A DNA stretch of 64,000 nt from Auanema rhodensis (GCA_964057225.1 OZ059894.1:19592001-19656000); one strand, 5' to 3'. Shown: positions 1 through 13,300, counted from the stretch's first letter. A program made the numbers and translations. Notes: generated by a model not told the origin, from the sequence alone.

Positions 1-114
1 AAATTTCAAAATAATTTAGCAAAAAGTAGATGTTTTTAGATTCCATTTTTTAAGGCAAAGACGATGGACAATGTTATTCAACGGAAAAATTAATTCTTCA
101 GGGTGAAAATCGAG

Positions 115-136
115 GATATAAGTGTGAACTTATATC
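115..136. repeat. Perfect 9-bp inverted repeat with GTGA loop (in nearly every monomer)
   Basis: GATATAAGT (115-123) / GTGA / ACTTATATC (128-136). Confidence 0.95.
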
Positions 137-146
137 AGTTGATATC

Positions 147-213
147 TCGGTGCATTTTTAAGCTAGCGCAAATCTGATAACACAGATCGACGCAGCTTAA
201 AAATCCGCATCGA
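147..213. repeat. Long imperfect inverted repeat with an 11-bp perfect core (in nearly every monomer)
   Basis: ATTTTTAAGCT (154-164) / AGCTTAAAAAT (194-204). Inner pairs GCG/CGC (166-168, 191-193) and ATCTG/CAGAT (172-176, 183-187). Outer pair TCGGTGC/GCATCGA (147-153, 207-213, one G-T). Confidence 0.92.
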
Positions 214-287
214 ATGCACTATACTACATTGAGAAACGCTTAATACAAAAATTAGTTATGATCGTTTGAAAAATGATGCATTAGTGT

Positions 288-315
288 ATGTTGAGTTTCC
301 ATGTACACTCAACAT
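288..315. repeat. Perfect 9-bp inverted repeat with 10-nt loop (in nearly every monomer)
   Basis: ATGTTGAGT (288-296) / TTCCATGTAC / ACTCAACAT (307-315). Confidence 0.95.
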
Positions 316-322
316 TGCTTCC

Positions 323-442
323 AAAAACATTTTGACAAAAATTTTTTCGAAAAATTTCAAAATAATTTAGCAAAAAGTAGATGTTTTTAGATTCCTTTTT
401 TCAAGGCAAAGACGATGGACAATGTTATTCAACGAAAAAATT
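323..442. repeat. A/T-tract-rich dyad cluster spanning the monomer junction
   Basis: TTTTTCGAAAAA 12-bp palindrome (343-354); AAAAACAT/ATGTTTTT (323-330, 381-388); AATTTTTTCG/CGAAAAAATT (340-349, 433-442). Confidence 0.88.
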
Positions 443-1046
443 AATTCTTCAGGGTGAAAATCGAGGATATAAGTGTGAACTTATATCAGTTGATATCTCG
501 GTGCATTTTTAAGCTAGCGCAAATCTGATAACACAGAACGACGCAGCTTAAAAATCCGCATCGAATGCACTATACTACATTGAAAAACGCTTAATACAAA
601 AATTAGTTATGATCGTTTGAAAAATGATGCATTAGTGTATGTTGAGTTTCCATGTACACTCAACATTGCTTCCAAAAACATTTTGACAAAAAGTTTTTCG
701 AAAAATTTCAAAATAATTTAGCAAAAAGTAGATGTTTTTAGATTCCTTTTTTCAAGGCAAAGACGATGGACAATGTTATTCAACGAAAAAATTAATTCTT
801 CAGGGTGAAAATCGAGGATATAAGTGTGAACTTATATCAGTTGATATCTCGGTGCATTTTTAAGCTAGCGCAAATCTGATAACACAGATCGACGCAGCTT
901 AAAAATCCGCATCGAATGCACTATACTACATTGAGAAACGCTTAATACAAAAATTAGTTATGATCGTTTGAAAAATGATGCATTAGTGTATGTTGAGTTT
1001 CCATGTACACTCAACATTGCTTCCAAAAACATTTTGACAAAAATTT

Positions 1047-1061
1047 TTTCGAGAAATTTCA
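1047..1061. promoter_or_regulatory. Heat-shock-element consensus match (nTTCnnGAAnnTTCn); first of 33 copies, created by variant m351 A>G
   Basis: tTTCgaGAAatTTCa. Motif match only; function untested. Confidence 0.3.
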
Positions 1062-3159
1062 AAATAATTTAGCAAAAAGTAGATGTTTTTAGATTCCTTT
1101 TTTCAAGGCAAAGACGATGGACAATGTTATTCAACGAAAAAATTAATTCTTCAGGGTGAAAATCGAGGATATAAGTGTGAACTTATATCAGTTGATATCT
1201 CTCTGCATTTTTAAGCTAGCGCAAATCTGATAACACAGATCGACGCAGCTTAAAAATCCGCATCGAATGCACTATACTACATTGAGAAACGCTTGATACA
1301 AAAATTAGTTATGATCGTTTGAAAAATGATGCATTAGTGTATGTTGAGTTTCCATGTACACTCAACATTGCTTCCAAAAACATTTTGACAAAAATTTTTT
1401 CGAAAAATTTCAGAATAATTTAGCAAAAAGTAGATGTTTTTAGATTCCCTTTTTCAAGGCAAAGACGATGGACAATGTTATTCAACGAAAAAATTAATTC
1501 TTCAGGGTGAAAATCGAGGATATAAGTGTGAACTTATATCAGTTGATATCTCGGTGCATTTTTAAGCTAGCGCAAATCTGATAACACAGATCGACGCAGC
1601 TTAAAAATCCGCATCGAATGCACTATACTACATTGAAAAACGCTTAATACAAAAATTAGTTATGATCGTTTGAAAAATGATGCATTAGTGTATGTTGAGT
1701 TTCCATGTACATTCAACATTGCTTCCAAAAACATTTTGACAAAAATTTTTTCGAAAAATTTCAAAATAATTTAGCAAAAAGTAGATGTTTTTAGATTCCT
1801 TTTTTCAAGGCAAAGACGATGGACAATGTTATTCAACGAAAAAATTAATTCTTCAGGGTGAAAATCGAGGATATAAGTGTGAACTTATATCAGTTGATAT
1901 CTCGGTGCATTTTTAAGCTAGCGCAAATCTGATAACACAGAACGACGCAGCTTAAAAATTCGCATCGAATGCACTATACTACATTGAGAAACGCTTAATA
2001 CAAAAATTAGTTATGATCGTTTGAAAAATGATGCATTAGTGTATGTTGAGTTTCCATGTACACTCAACATTGCTTCCAAAAACATTTTGACAAAAATTTT
2101 TTCGAAAAATTTCAGAATAATTTAGCAAAAAGTAAATGTTTTTAGATTCCATTTTTCAAGGCAAAGACGATGGACAATGTTATTCAACGAAAAAATTAAT
2201 TCTTCAGGGTGAAAATCGAGGATATAAGTGTGAACTTATATCAGTTGATATCTCTCTGCATTTTTAAGCTAGCGCAAATCTGATAACACAGATCGACGCA
2301 GCTTAAAAATCCGCATCGAATGCACTATACTACATTGAGAAACGCTTAATACAAAAATTAGTTATGATCGTTTGAAAAATGATGCATTAGTGTATGTTGA
2401 GTTTCCATGTACACTCAACATTGCTTCCAAAAACATTTTGACAAAAATTTTTTCGAAAAATTTCAGAATAATTTAGCAAAAAGTAGATGTTTTTAGATTC
2501 CCTTTTTCAAGGCAAAGACGATGGACAATGTTATTCAACGAAAAAATTAATTCTTCAGGGTGAAAATCGAGGATATAAGTGTGAACTTATATCAGTTGAT
2601 ATCTCGGTGCATTTTTAAGCTAGCGCAAATCTGATAACACAGATCGACGCAGCTTAAAAATCCGCATCGAATGCACTATACTACATTGAGAAACGCTTAA
2701 TACAAAAATTAGTTATGATCGTTTGAAAAATGATGCATTAGTGTATGTTGAGTTTCCATGTACATTCAACATTGCTTCCAAAAACATTTTGACAAAAATT
2801 TTTTCGAAAAATTTCAAAATAATTTAGCAAAAAGTAGATGTTTTTAGATTCCTTTTTTCAAGGCAAAGACGATGGACAATGTTATTCAACGAAAAAATTA
2901 ATTCTTCAGGGTGAAAATCGAGGATATAAGTGTGAACTTATATCAGTTGATATCTCGGTGCATTTTTAAGCTAGCGCAAATCTGATAACACAGAACGACG
3001 CAGCTTAAAAATTCGCATCGAATGCACTATACTACATTGAGAAACGCTTAATACAAAAATTAGTTATGATCGTTTGAAAAATGATGCATTAGTGTATGTT
3101 GAGTTTCCATGTACACTCAACATTGCTTCCAAAAACATTTTGACAAAAAGTTTTTCGAA
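1054..3159. repeat. 3-monomer (1053 bp) tandem duplication, copies 4-6 and 7-9
   Basis: Private markers m149-150 GG>TC (1202, 2255), m45C (1449, 2502) and m308T (1712, 2765), each offset by 1053. Confidence 0.9.
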
Positions 3160-6100
3160 AAATTTCGAAATAATTTAGCAAAAAGTAGATGTTTTTAGAT
3201 TCCATTTTTCAAGGCAAAGACGATGGACAATGTTATTCAACGAAAAAATCAATTCTTCAGGGTGAAAATCGAGGATATAAGTGTGAACTTATATCAGTTG
3301 ATATCTCGGTGCATTTTTAAGCTAGCGCAAATCTGATAACACAGAACGACGCAGCTTAAAAATCCGCATCGAATGCACTATACTACATTGAGAAACGCTT
3401 AATACAAAAATTAGTTATGATCGTTTGAAAAATGATGCATTAGTGTATGTTGAGTTTCCATGTACACTCAACATTGCTTCCAAAAACATTTTGACAAAAA
3501 TTTTTTCGAGAAATTTCAAAATAATTTAGCAAAAAGTAGATGTTTTTAGATTCCTTTTTTCAAGGCAAAGACGATGGACAATGTTATTCAACGAAAAAAT
3601 TAATTCTTCAGGGTGAAAATCGAGGATATAAGTGTGAACTTATATCAGTTGATATCTCGGTGCATTTTTAAGCTAGCGCAAATCTGATAACACAGATCGA
3701 CGCAGCTTGAGAATCCGCATCGAATGCACTATACTACATTGAGAAACGCTTAATACAAAAATTAGTTATGCTCGTTTGAAAAATGATGCATTAGTGTATG
3801 TTGAGTTTCCATGTACACTCAACATTGCTTCCAAAAACATTTTGACAAAAATTTTTTCGAAAAATTTCAAAATAATTTAGCAAAAAGTAGATGTTTTTAG
3901 ATTCCTTTTTTCAAGGCAAAGACGATGGACAATGTTATTCAACGAAAAAATTAATTCTTCAGGGTGAAAATCGAGGATATAAGTGTGAACTTATATCAGT
4001 TGATATCTCGGTGCATTTTTAAGCTAGCGCAAATCTGATAACACAGAACGACGCAGCTTAAAAATCCGCATCGAATGCACTATACTACATTGAAAAACGC
4101 TTAATACAAAAATTAGTTATGATCGTTTGAAAAATGATGCATTAGTGTATGTTGAGTTTCCATGTACACTCAACATTGCTTCCAAAAACATTTTGACAAA
4201 AAGTTTTTCGAAAAATTTCAAAATAATTTAGCAAAAAGTAGATGTTTTTAGATTCCTTTTTTCAAGGCAAAGACGATGGACAATGTTATTCAACGAAAAA
4301 ATTAATTCTTCAGGGTGAAAATCGAGGATATAAGTGTGAACTTATATCAGTTGATATCTCGGTGCATTTTTAAGCTAGCGCAAATCTGATAACACAGATC
4401 GACGCAGCTTAAAAATCCGCATCGAATGCACTATACTACATTGAGAAACGCTTAATACAAAAATTAGTTATGATCGTTTGAAAAATGATGCATTAGTGTA
4501 TGTTGAGTTTCCATGTACACTCAACATTGCTTCCAAAAACATTTTGACAAAAATTTTTTCGAGAAATTTCAAAATAATTTAGCAAAAAGTAGATGTTTTT
4601 AGATTCCTTTTTTCAAGGCAAAGACGATGGACAATGTTATTCAACGAAAAAATTAATTCTTCAGGGTGAAAATCGAGGATATAAGTGTGAACTTATATCA
4701 GTTGATATCTCGGTGCATTTTTAAGCTAGCGCAAATCTGATAACACAGATCGACGCAGCTTAAAAATCCGCATCGAATGCACTATACTACATTGAGAAAC
4801 GCTTAATACAAAAATTAGTTATGATCGTTTGAAAAATGATGCATTAGTGTATGTTGAGTTTCCATGTACACTCAACATTGCTTCCAAAAACATTTTGACA
4901 AAAATTTTTTCGAAAAATTTCAGAATAATTTAGCAAAAAGTAGATGTTTTTAGATTCCATTTTTCAAGGCAAAGACGATGGACAATGTTATTCAACGAAA
5001 AAATTAATTCTTCAGGGTGAAAATCGAGGATATAAGTGTGAACTTATATCAGTTGATATCTCGGTGCATTTTTAAGCTAGCGCAAATCTGATAACACAGA
5101 TCGACGCAGCTTAAAAATCCGCATCGAATGCACTATACTACATTGAGAAACGCTTAATACAAAAATTAGTTATGATCGTTTGAAAAATGATGCATTAGTG
5201 TATGTTGAGTTTCCATGTACACTCAACATTGCTTCCAAAAACATTTTGACAAAAATTTTTTCGAAAAATTTCAAAATAATTTAGCAAAAAGTAGATGTTT
5301 TTAGATTCCTTTTTTCAAGGCAAAGACGATGGACAATGTTATTCAACGAAAAAATTAATTCTTCAGGGTGAAAATCGAGGATATAAGTGTGAACTTATAT
5401 CAGTTGATATCTCGGTGCATTTTTAAGCTAGCGCAAATCTGATAACACAGAACGACGCAGCTTAAAAATTCGCATCGAATGCACTATACTACATTGAGAA
5501 ACGCTTAATACAAAAATTAGTTATGATCGTTTGAAAAATGATGCATTAGTGTATGTTGAGTTTCCATGTACACTCAACATTGCTTCCAAAAACATTTTGA
5601 CAAAAATTTTTTCGAAAAATTTCAGAATAATTTAGCAAAAAGTAGATGTTTTTAGATTCCATTTTTCAAGGCAAAGACGATGGACAATGTTATTCAACGA
5701 AAAAATTAATTCTTCAGGGTGAAAATCGAGGATATAAGTGTGAACTTATATCAGTTGATATCTCGGTGCATTTTTAAGCTAGCGCAAATCTGATAACACA
5801 GATCGACGCAGCTTAAAAATCCGCATCGAATGCACTATACTACATTGAGAAACGCTTAATACAAAAATTAGTTATGATCGTTTGAAAAATGATGCATTAG
5901 TGTATGTTGAGTTTCCATGTACACTCAACATTGCTTCCAAAAACATTTTGACAAAAAGTTTTTCGAAAAATTTCGAAATAATTTAGCAAAAAGTAGATGT
6001 TTTTAGATTCCATTTTTCAAGGCAAAGACGATGGAGAATGTTATTCAACGAAAAAATCAATTCTTCAGGGTGAAAATCGAGGATATAAGTGTGAACTTAT

Positions 6101-7371
6101 ATCAGTTGATATCTCGGTGCATTTTTAAGCTAGCGCAAATCTGATAACACAGATCGACGCAGCTTAAAAATCCGCATCGAATGCACTATACTACATTGAG
6201 AAACGCTTAATACAAAAATTAGTTATGATCGTTTGAAAAATGATGCATTAGTGTATGTTGAGTTTCCATGTACACTCAACATTGCTTCCAAAAACATTTT
6301 GACAAAAATTTTTTCGAAAAATTTCAGAATAATTTAGCAAAAAGTAGATGTTTTTAGATTCCATTTTTCAAGGCAAAGACGATGGACAATGTTATTCAAC
6401 GAAAAAATTAATTCTTCAGGGTGAAAATCGAGGATATAAGTGTGAACTTATATCAGTTGATATCTCGGTGCATTTTTAAGCTAGCGCAAATCTGATAACA
6501 CAGATCGACGCAGCTTAAAAATCCGCATCGAATGCACTATACTACATTGAGAAACGCTTAATACAAAAATTAGTTATGATCGTTTGAAAAATGATGCGTT
6601 AGTGTATGTTGAGTTTCCATGTACACTCAACATTGCTTCCAAAAACATTTTGACAAAAATTTTTTCGAAAAATTTCAAAATAATTTAGCAAAAAGTAGAT
6701 GTTTTTAGATTCCATTTTTTAAGGCAAAGACGATGGACAATGTTATTCAACGGAAAAAATAATTCTTCAGAGTGAAAATCGAGGATATAAGTGTGAACTT
6801 ATATCAGTTGATATCTCGGTGCATTTTTAAGCTAGCGCAAATCTGATAACACAGAACGACGCAGCTTAAAAATCCGCATCGAATGCACTATACTACATTG
6901 AGAAACGCTTAATACAAAAATTAGTTATGATGGTTTGAAAAATGATGCATTAGTGTATGTTGAGTTTCCATGTACACTCAACATTGCTTCCAAAAACATT
7001 TTGACAAAACTTTTTTCGAGAAATTTCAAAATAATTTAGCAAAAAGTAGATGTTTTTAGATTCCTTTTTTCAAGGCAAAGACGATGGACAATGTTATTCA
7101 ACGAAAAAATTAATTCTTCAGGGTGAAAATCGAGGATATAAGTGTGAACTTATATCAGTTGATATCTCGGTGCATTTTTAAGCTAGCGCAAATCTGATAA
7201 CACAGATCGACGCAGCTTAAAAATCCGCATCGAATGCACTATACTACATTGAGAAACGCTTAATACAAAAATTAGTTATGATCGTTTGAAAAATGATGCA
7301 TTAGTGTATGTTGAGTTTCCATGTACACTCAACATTGCTTCCAAAAACATTTTGACAAAAATTTTTTCGAA

Positions 7372-10300
7372 AAATTTCAAAATAATTTAGCAAAAAGTAG
7401 ATGTTTTTAGATTCCTTTTTTCAAGGCAAAGACGATGGACAATGTTATTCAACGAAAAAATTAATTCTTCAGGGTGAAAATCGAGGATATAATTGTGAAC
7501 TTATATCAGTTGATATCTCGGTGCATTTTTAAGCTAGCGCAAATCTGATAACACAGAACGACGCAGCTTAAAAATCCGCATCGAATGCACTATACTACAT
7601 TGAAAAACGCTTAATACAAAAATTAGTTATGATCGTTTGAAAAATGATGCATTAGTGTATGTTGAGTTTCCATGTACACTCAACATTGCTTCCAAAAACA
7701 TTTTGACAAAAAGTTTTTCGAAAAATTTCAAAATAATTTAGCAAAAAGTAGATGTTTTTAGATTCCTTTTTTTAAGGCAAAGACGATGGACAATGTTATT
7801 CAACGAAAAAATTAATTCTTCAGGGTGAAAATCGAGGATATAAGTGTGAACTTATATCAGTTGATATCTCGGTGCATTTTTAAGCTAGCGCAAATCTGAT
7901 AACACAGATCGACGCAGCTTAAAAATCCGCATCGAATGCACTATACTACATTGAGAAACGCTTAATACAAAAATTAGTTATGATCGTTTGAAAAATGATG
8001 CATTAGTGTATGTTGAGTTTCCATGTACACTCAACATTGCTTCCAAAAACATTTTGACAAAAATTTTTTCGAGAAATTTCAAAATAATTTAGCAAAAAGT
8101 AGATGTTTTTAGATTCCTTTTTTCAAGGCAAAGACGATGGACAATGTTATTCAACGAAAAAATTAATTCTTCAGGGTGAAAATCGAGGATATAAGTGTGA
8201 ACTTATATCAGTTGATATCTCGGTGCATTTTTAAGCTAGCGCAAATCTGATAACACAGATCGACGCAGCTTAAAAATCCGCATCGAATGCACTATACTAC
8301 ATTGAGAAACGCTTAATACAAAAATTAGTTATGATCGTTTGAAAAATGATGCATTAGTGTATGTTGAGTTTCCATGTACACTCAACATTGCTTCCAAAAA
8401 CATTTTGACAAAAATTTTTTCGAAAAATTTCAGAATAATTTAGCAAAAAGTAGATGTTTTTAGATTCCATTTTTCAAGGCAAAGACGATGGACAATGTTA
8501 TTCAACGAAAAAATTAATTCTTCAGGGTGAAAATCGAGGATATAAGTGTGAACTTATATCAGTTGATATCTCGGTGCATTTTTAAGCTAGCGCAAATCTG
8601 ATAACACAGATCGACGCAGCTTAAAAATCCGCATCGAATGCACTATACTACATTGAGAAACGCTTAATACAAAAATTAGTTATGATCGTTTGAAAAATGA
8701 TGCATTAGTGTATGTTGAGTTTCCATGTACACTCAACATTGCTTCCAAAAACATTTTGACAAAAATTTTTTCGAAAAATTTCAAAATAATTTAGCAAAAA
8801 GTAGATGTTTTTAGATTCCTTTTTTCAAGGCAAAGACGATGGACAATGTTATTCAACGAAAAAATTAATTCTTCAGGGTGAAAATCGAGGATATAAGTGT
8901 GAACTTATATCAGTTGATATCTCGGTGCATTTTTAAGCTAGCGCAAATCTGATAACACAGAACGACGCAGCTTAAAAATTCGCATCGAATGCACTATACT
9001 ACATTGAGAAACGCTTAATACAAAAATTAGTTATGATCGTTTGAAAAATGATGCATTAGTGTATGTTGAGTTTCCATGTACACTCAACATTGCTTCCAAA
9101 AACATTTTGACAAAAATTTTTTCGAAAAATTTCAGAATAATTTAGCAAAAAGTAGATGTTTTTAGATTCCATTTTTCAAGGCAAAGACGATGGACAATGT
9201 TATTCAACGAAAAAATTAATTCTTCAGGGTGAAAATCGAGGATATAAGTGTGAACTTATATCAGTTGATATCTCGGTGCATTTTTAAGCTAGCGCAAATC
9301 TGATAACACAGATCGACGCAGCTTAAAAATCCGCATCGAATGCACTATACTACATTGAGAAACGCTTACTACAAAAATTAGTTATGATCGTTTGAAAAAT
9401 GATGCATTAGTGTATGTTGAGTTTCCATGTACACTCAACATTGCTTCCAAAAACATTTTGACAAAAAGTTTTTCGAAAAATTTCAAAATAATTTAGCAAA
9501 AAGTAGATGTTTTTAGATTCCATTTTTCAAGGCAAAGACGATGGACAATGTTATTCAACGAAAAAATTAATTCTTCAGGGTGAAAATCGAGGATATAAGT
9601 GTGAACTTATATCAGTTGATATCTCGGTGCATTTTTAAGCTAGCGCAAATCTGATAACACAGAACGACGCAGCTTAAAAATCCGCATCGAATGCACTATA
9701 CTACATTGAGAAACGCTTAATACAAAAATTAGTTATGATCGTTTGAAAAATGATGCATTAGTGTATGTTGAGTTTCCATGTACACTCAACATTGCTTCCA
9801 AAAACATTTTGACAAAAATTTTTTCGAAAAATTTCAGAATAATTTAGCAAAAAGTAGATGTTTTTAGATTCCTTTTTTCAAGGCAAAGACGATGGACATT
9901 GTTATTCAACGAAAAAATTAATTCTTCAGGGTGAAAATCGAGGATATAAGTGTGAACTTATATCAGTTGATATCTCGGTGCATTTTTAAGCTAGCGCAAA
10001 TCTGATAACACAGAACGACGCAGCTTAAAAATTCGCATCGAATGCACTATACTACATTGAAAAACGCTTAATACAAAAATTAGTTATGATCGTTTGAAAA
10101 ATGATGCATTAGTGTATGTTGAGTTTCCATGTACACTCAACATTGCTTCCAAAAACATTTTGACAAAAATTTTTTCGAAAAATTTCGAAATAATTTAGCA
10201 AAAAGTAGATGTTTTTAGATTCCATTTTTCAAGGCAAAGACGATGGACAATGTTATTCAACGAAAAAATCAATTCTTCAGGGTGAAAATCGAGGATATAA

Positions 10301-13300
10301 GTGTGAACTTATATCAGTTGATATCTCGGTGCATTTTTAAGCTAGCGCAAATCTGATAACACAGAACGACGCAGCTTAAAAATCCGCATCGAATGCACTA
10401 TACTACATTAAGAAACGCTTAATACAAAAATTAGTTATGATCGTTTGAAAAATGATGCATTAGTGTATGTTGAGTTTCCATGTACACTCAACATTGCTTC
10501 CAAAAACATTTTGACAAAAATTTTTTCGAGAAATTTCAAAATAATTTAGCAAAAAGTAGATGTTTTTAGATTCCTTTTTTCAAGGCAAAGACGATGGACA
10601 ATGTTATTCAACGAAAAAATTAATTCTTCAGGGTGAAAATCGAGGATATAAGTGTGAACTTATATCAGTTGATATCTCGGTGCATTTTTAAGCTAGCGCA
10701 AATCTGATAACACAGATCGACGCAGCTTAAAAATCCGCATCGAATGCACTATACTACATTGAGAAACGCTTAATACAAAAATTAGTTATGATCGTTTGAA
10801 AAATGATGCATTAGTGTATGTTGAGTTTCCATGTACACTCAACATTGCTTCCAAAAACATTTTGACAAAAATTTTTTCGAAAAATTTCAGAATAATTTAG
10901 CAAAAAGTAGATGTTTTTAGATTCCATTTTTCAAGGCAAAGACGATGGACAATGTTATTCAACGAAAAAATTAATTCTTCAGGGTGAAAATCGAGGATAT
11001 AAGTGTGAACTTATATCAGTTGATATCTCGGTGCATTTTTAAGCTAGCGCAAATCTGATAACACAGATCGACGCAGCTTAAAAATCCGCATCGAATGCAC
11101 TATACTACATTGAGAAACGCTTAATACAAAAATTAGTTATGATCGTTTGAAAAATGATGCATTAGTGTATGTTGAGTTTCCATGTACACTCAACATTGCT
11201 TCCAAAAACATTTTGACAAAAATTTTTTCGAAAAATTTCAGAATAATTTAGCAAAAAGTAGATGTTTTTAGATTCCTTTTTTCAAGGCAAAGACGATGGA
11301 CAATGTTATTCAACGAAAAAATTAATTCTTCAGGGTGAAAATCGAGGATATAAGTGTGAACTTATATCAGTTGATATCTCGGTGCATTTTTAAGCTAGCG
11401 CAAATCTGATAACACAGATCGACGCAGCTTAAAAATCCGCATCGAATGCACTATACTACATTGAGAAACGCTTAATACAAAAATTAGTTATGATCGTTTG
11501 AAAAATGATGCATTAGTGTATGTTGAGTTTCCATGTACACTCAACATTGCTTCCAAAAACATTTTGACAAAAATTTTTTCGAAAAATTTCAAAATAATTT
11601 AGCAAAAAGTAGATGTTTTTAGATTCCTTTTTTCAAGGCAAAGACGATGGACAATGTTATTCAACGAAAAAATTAATTCTTCAGGGTGAAAATCGAGGAT
11701 ATAATTGTGAACTTATATCAGTTGATATCTCGGTGCATTTTCAAGCTAGCGCAAATCTGATAACACAGAACGACGCAGCTTAAAAATCCGCATCGAATGC
11801 ACTATACTACATTGAAAAACGCTTACTACAAAAATTAGTTATGATCGTTTGAAAAATGATGCATTAGTGTATGTTGAGTTTCCATGTACACTCAACATTG
11901 CTTCCAAAAACATTTTGACAAAAAGTTTTTCGAAAAATTTCAAAATAATTTAGCAAAAAGTAGATGTTTTTAGATTCCATTTTTCAAGGCAAAGACGATG
12001 GACAATGTTATTCAACGAAAAAATTAATTCTTCAGGGTGAAAATCGAGGATATAAGTGTGAACTTATATCAGTTGATATCTCGGTGCATTTTTAAGCTAG
12101 CGCAAATCTGATAACACAGATCGACGCAGCTTAAAAATCCGCATCGAATGCACTATACTACATTGAGAAACGCTTAATACAAAAATTAGTTATGATCGTT
12201 TGAAAAATGATGCATTAGTGTATGTTGAGTTTCCATGTACACTCAACATTGCTTCCAAAAACATTTTGACAAAAATTTTTTCGAAAAATTTCAGAATAAT
12301 TTAGCAAAAAGTAGATGTTTTTAGATTCCTTTTTTCAAGGCAAAGACGATGGACAATGTTATTCAACGAAAAAATTAATTCTTCAGGGTGAAAATCGAGG
12401 ATATAAGTGTGAACTTATATCAGTTGATATCTCGGTGCATTTTTAAGCTAGCGCAAATCTGATAACACAGATCGACGCAGCTTAAAAATCCGCATCGAAT
12501 GCACTATACTACATTGAGAAACGCTTAATACAAAAATTAGTTATGATCGTTTGAAAAATGATGCATTAGTGTATGTTGAGTTTCCATGTACACTCAACAT
12601 TGCTTCCAAAAACATTTTGACAAAAATTTTTTCGAAAAATTTCGAAATAATTTAGCAAAAAGTAGATGTTTTTAGATTCCTTTTTTCAAGGCAAAGACGA
12701 TGGACAATGTTATTCAACGAAAAAATTAATTCTTCAGGGTGAAAATCGAGGATATAATTGTGAACTTATATCAGTTGATATCTCGGTGCATTTTCAAGCT
12801 AGCGCAAATCTGATAACACAGAACGACGCAGCTTAAAAATCCGCATCGAATGCACTATACTACATTGAAAAACGCTTAATACAAAAATTAGTTATGATCG
12901 TTTGAAAAATGATGCATTAGTGTATGTTGAGTTTCCATGTACACTCAACATTGCTTCCAAAAACATTTTGACAAAAAGTTTTTCGAAAAATTTCAAAATA
13001 ATTTAGCAAAAAGTAGATGTTTTTAGATTCCTTTTTTCAAGGCAAAGACGATGGACAATGTTATTCAACGAAAAAATTAATTCTTCAGGGTGAAAATCGA
13101 GGATATAAGTGTGAACTTATATCAGTTGATATCTCGGTGCATTTTTAAGCTAGCGCAAATCTGATAACACAGATCGACGCAGCTTAAAAATCCGCATCGA
13201 ATGCACTATACTACATTGAGAAACGCTTAATACAAAAATTAGTTATGATCGTTTGAAAAATGATGCATTAGTGTATGTTGAGTTTCCATGTACACTCAAC

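Larger units (their letters stand above)
1..351. repeat. Reference monomer (arbitrary phase); single EcoRV (141-146), NheI (162-167), NsiI (276-281), BsrGI (302-307) and BstBI (346-351) sites
   Basis: Read directly. Hand count gives 52 C + 58 G of 351 (31% GC) and 12 CpG. Confidence 0.97.

Noticed and set aside
1-351. 351 is divisible by 3, suggesting a giant 117-aa repeat protein
   Set aside because: All six frames are closed. Forward stops are TAG 37-39, TAG 17-19 and TAA 12-14. Reverse stops come from TTA 16-18, TYA 50-52 and TCA 6-8.
1-351. Assignment to a named 340-360-bp insect satellite family
   Set aside because: Only size and AT content are similar; I do not recognise the sequence and cannot run a search.
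323-401. Helically phased A-tracts (bent DNA)
   Set aside because: A-tract starts at 323, 337, 350, 359 and 372 are spaced 9-14 bp apart, not a clean 10.5-bp phase; a curvature calculation would be needed.
421-437. CENP-B-box-like TTTCGTTGAATAACATT on the minus strand
   Set aside because: It matches the TTCG and central A but lacks the essential CGGG (5 of 9 core bases).
3223-3336. 37-aa ORF (MDNVIQRKNQFFRV...) opened by m91 T>C
   Set aside because: Short, no recognisable domain, and stopped after 9 codons in most copies; expected by chance.
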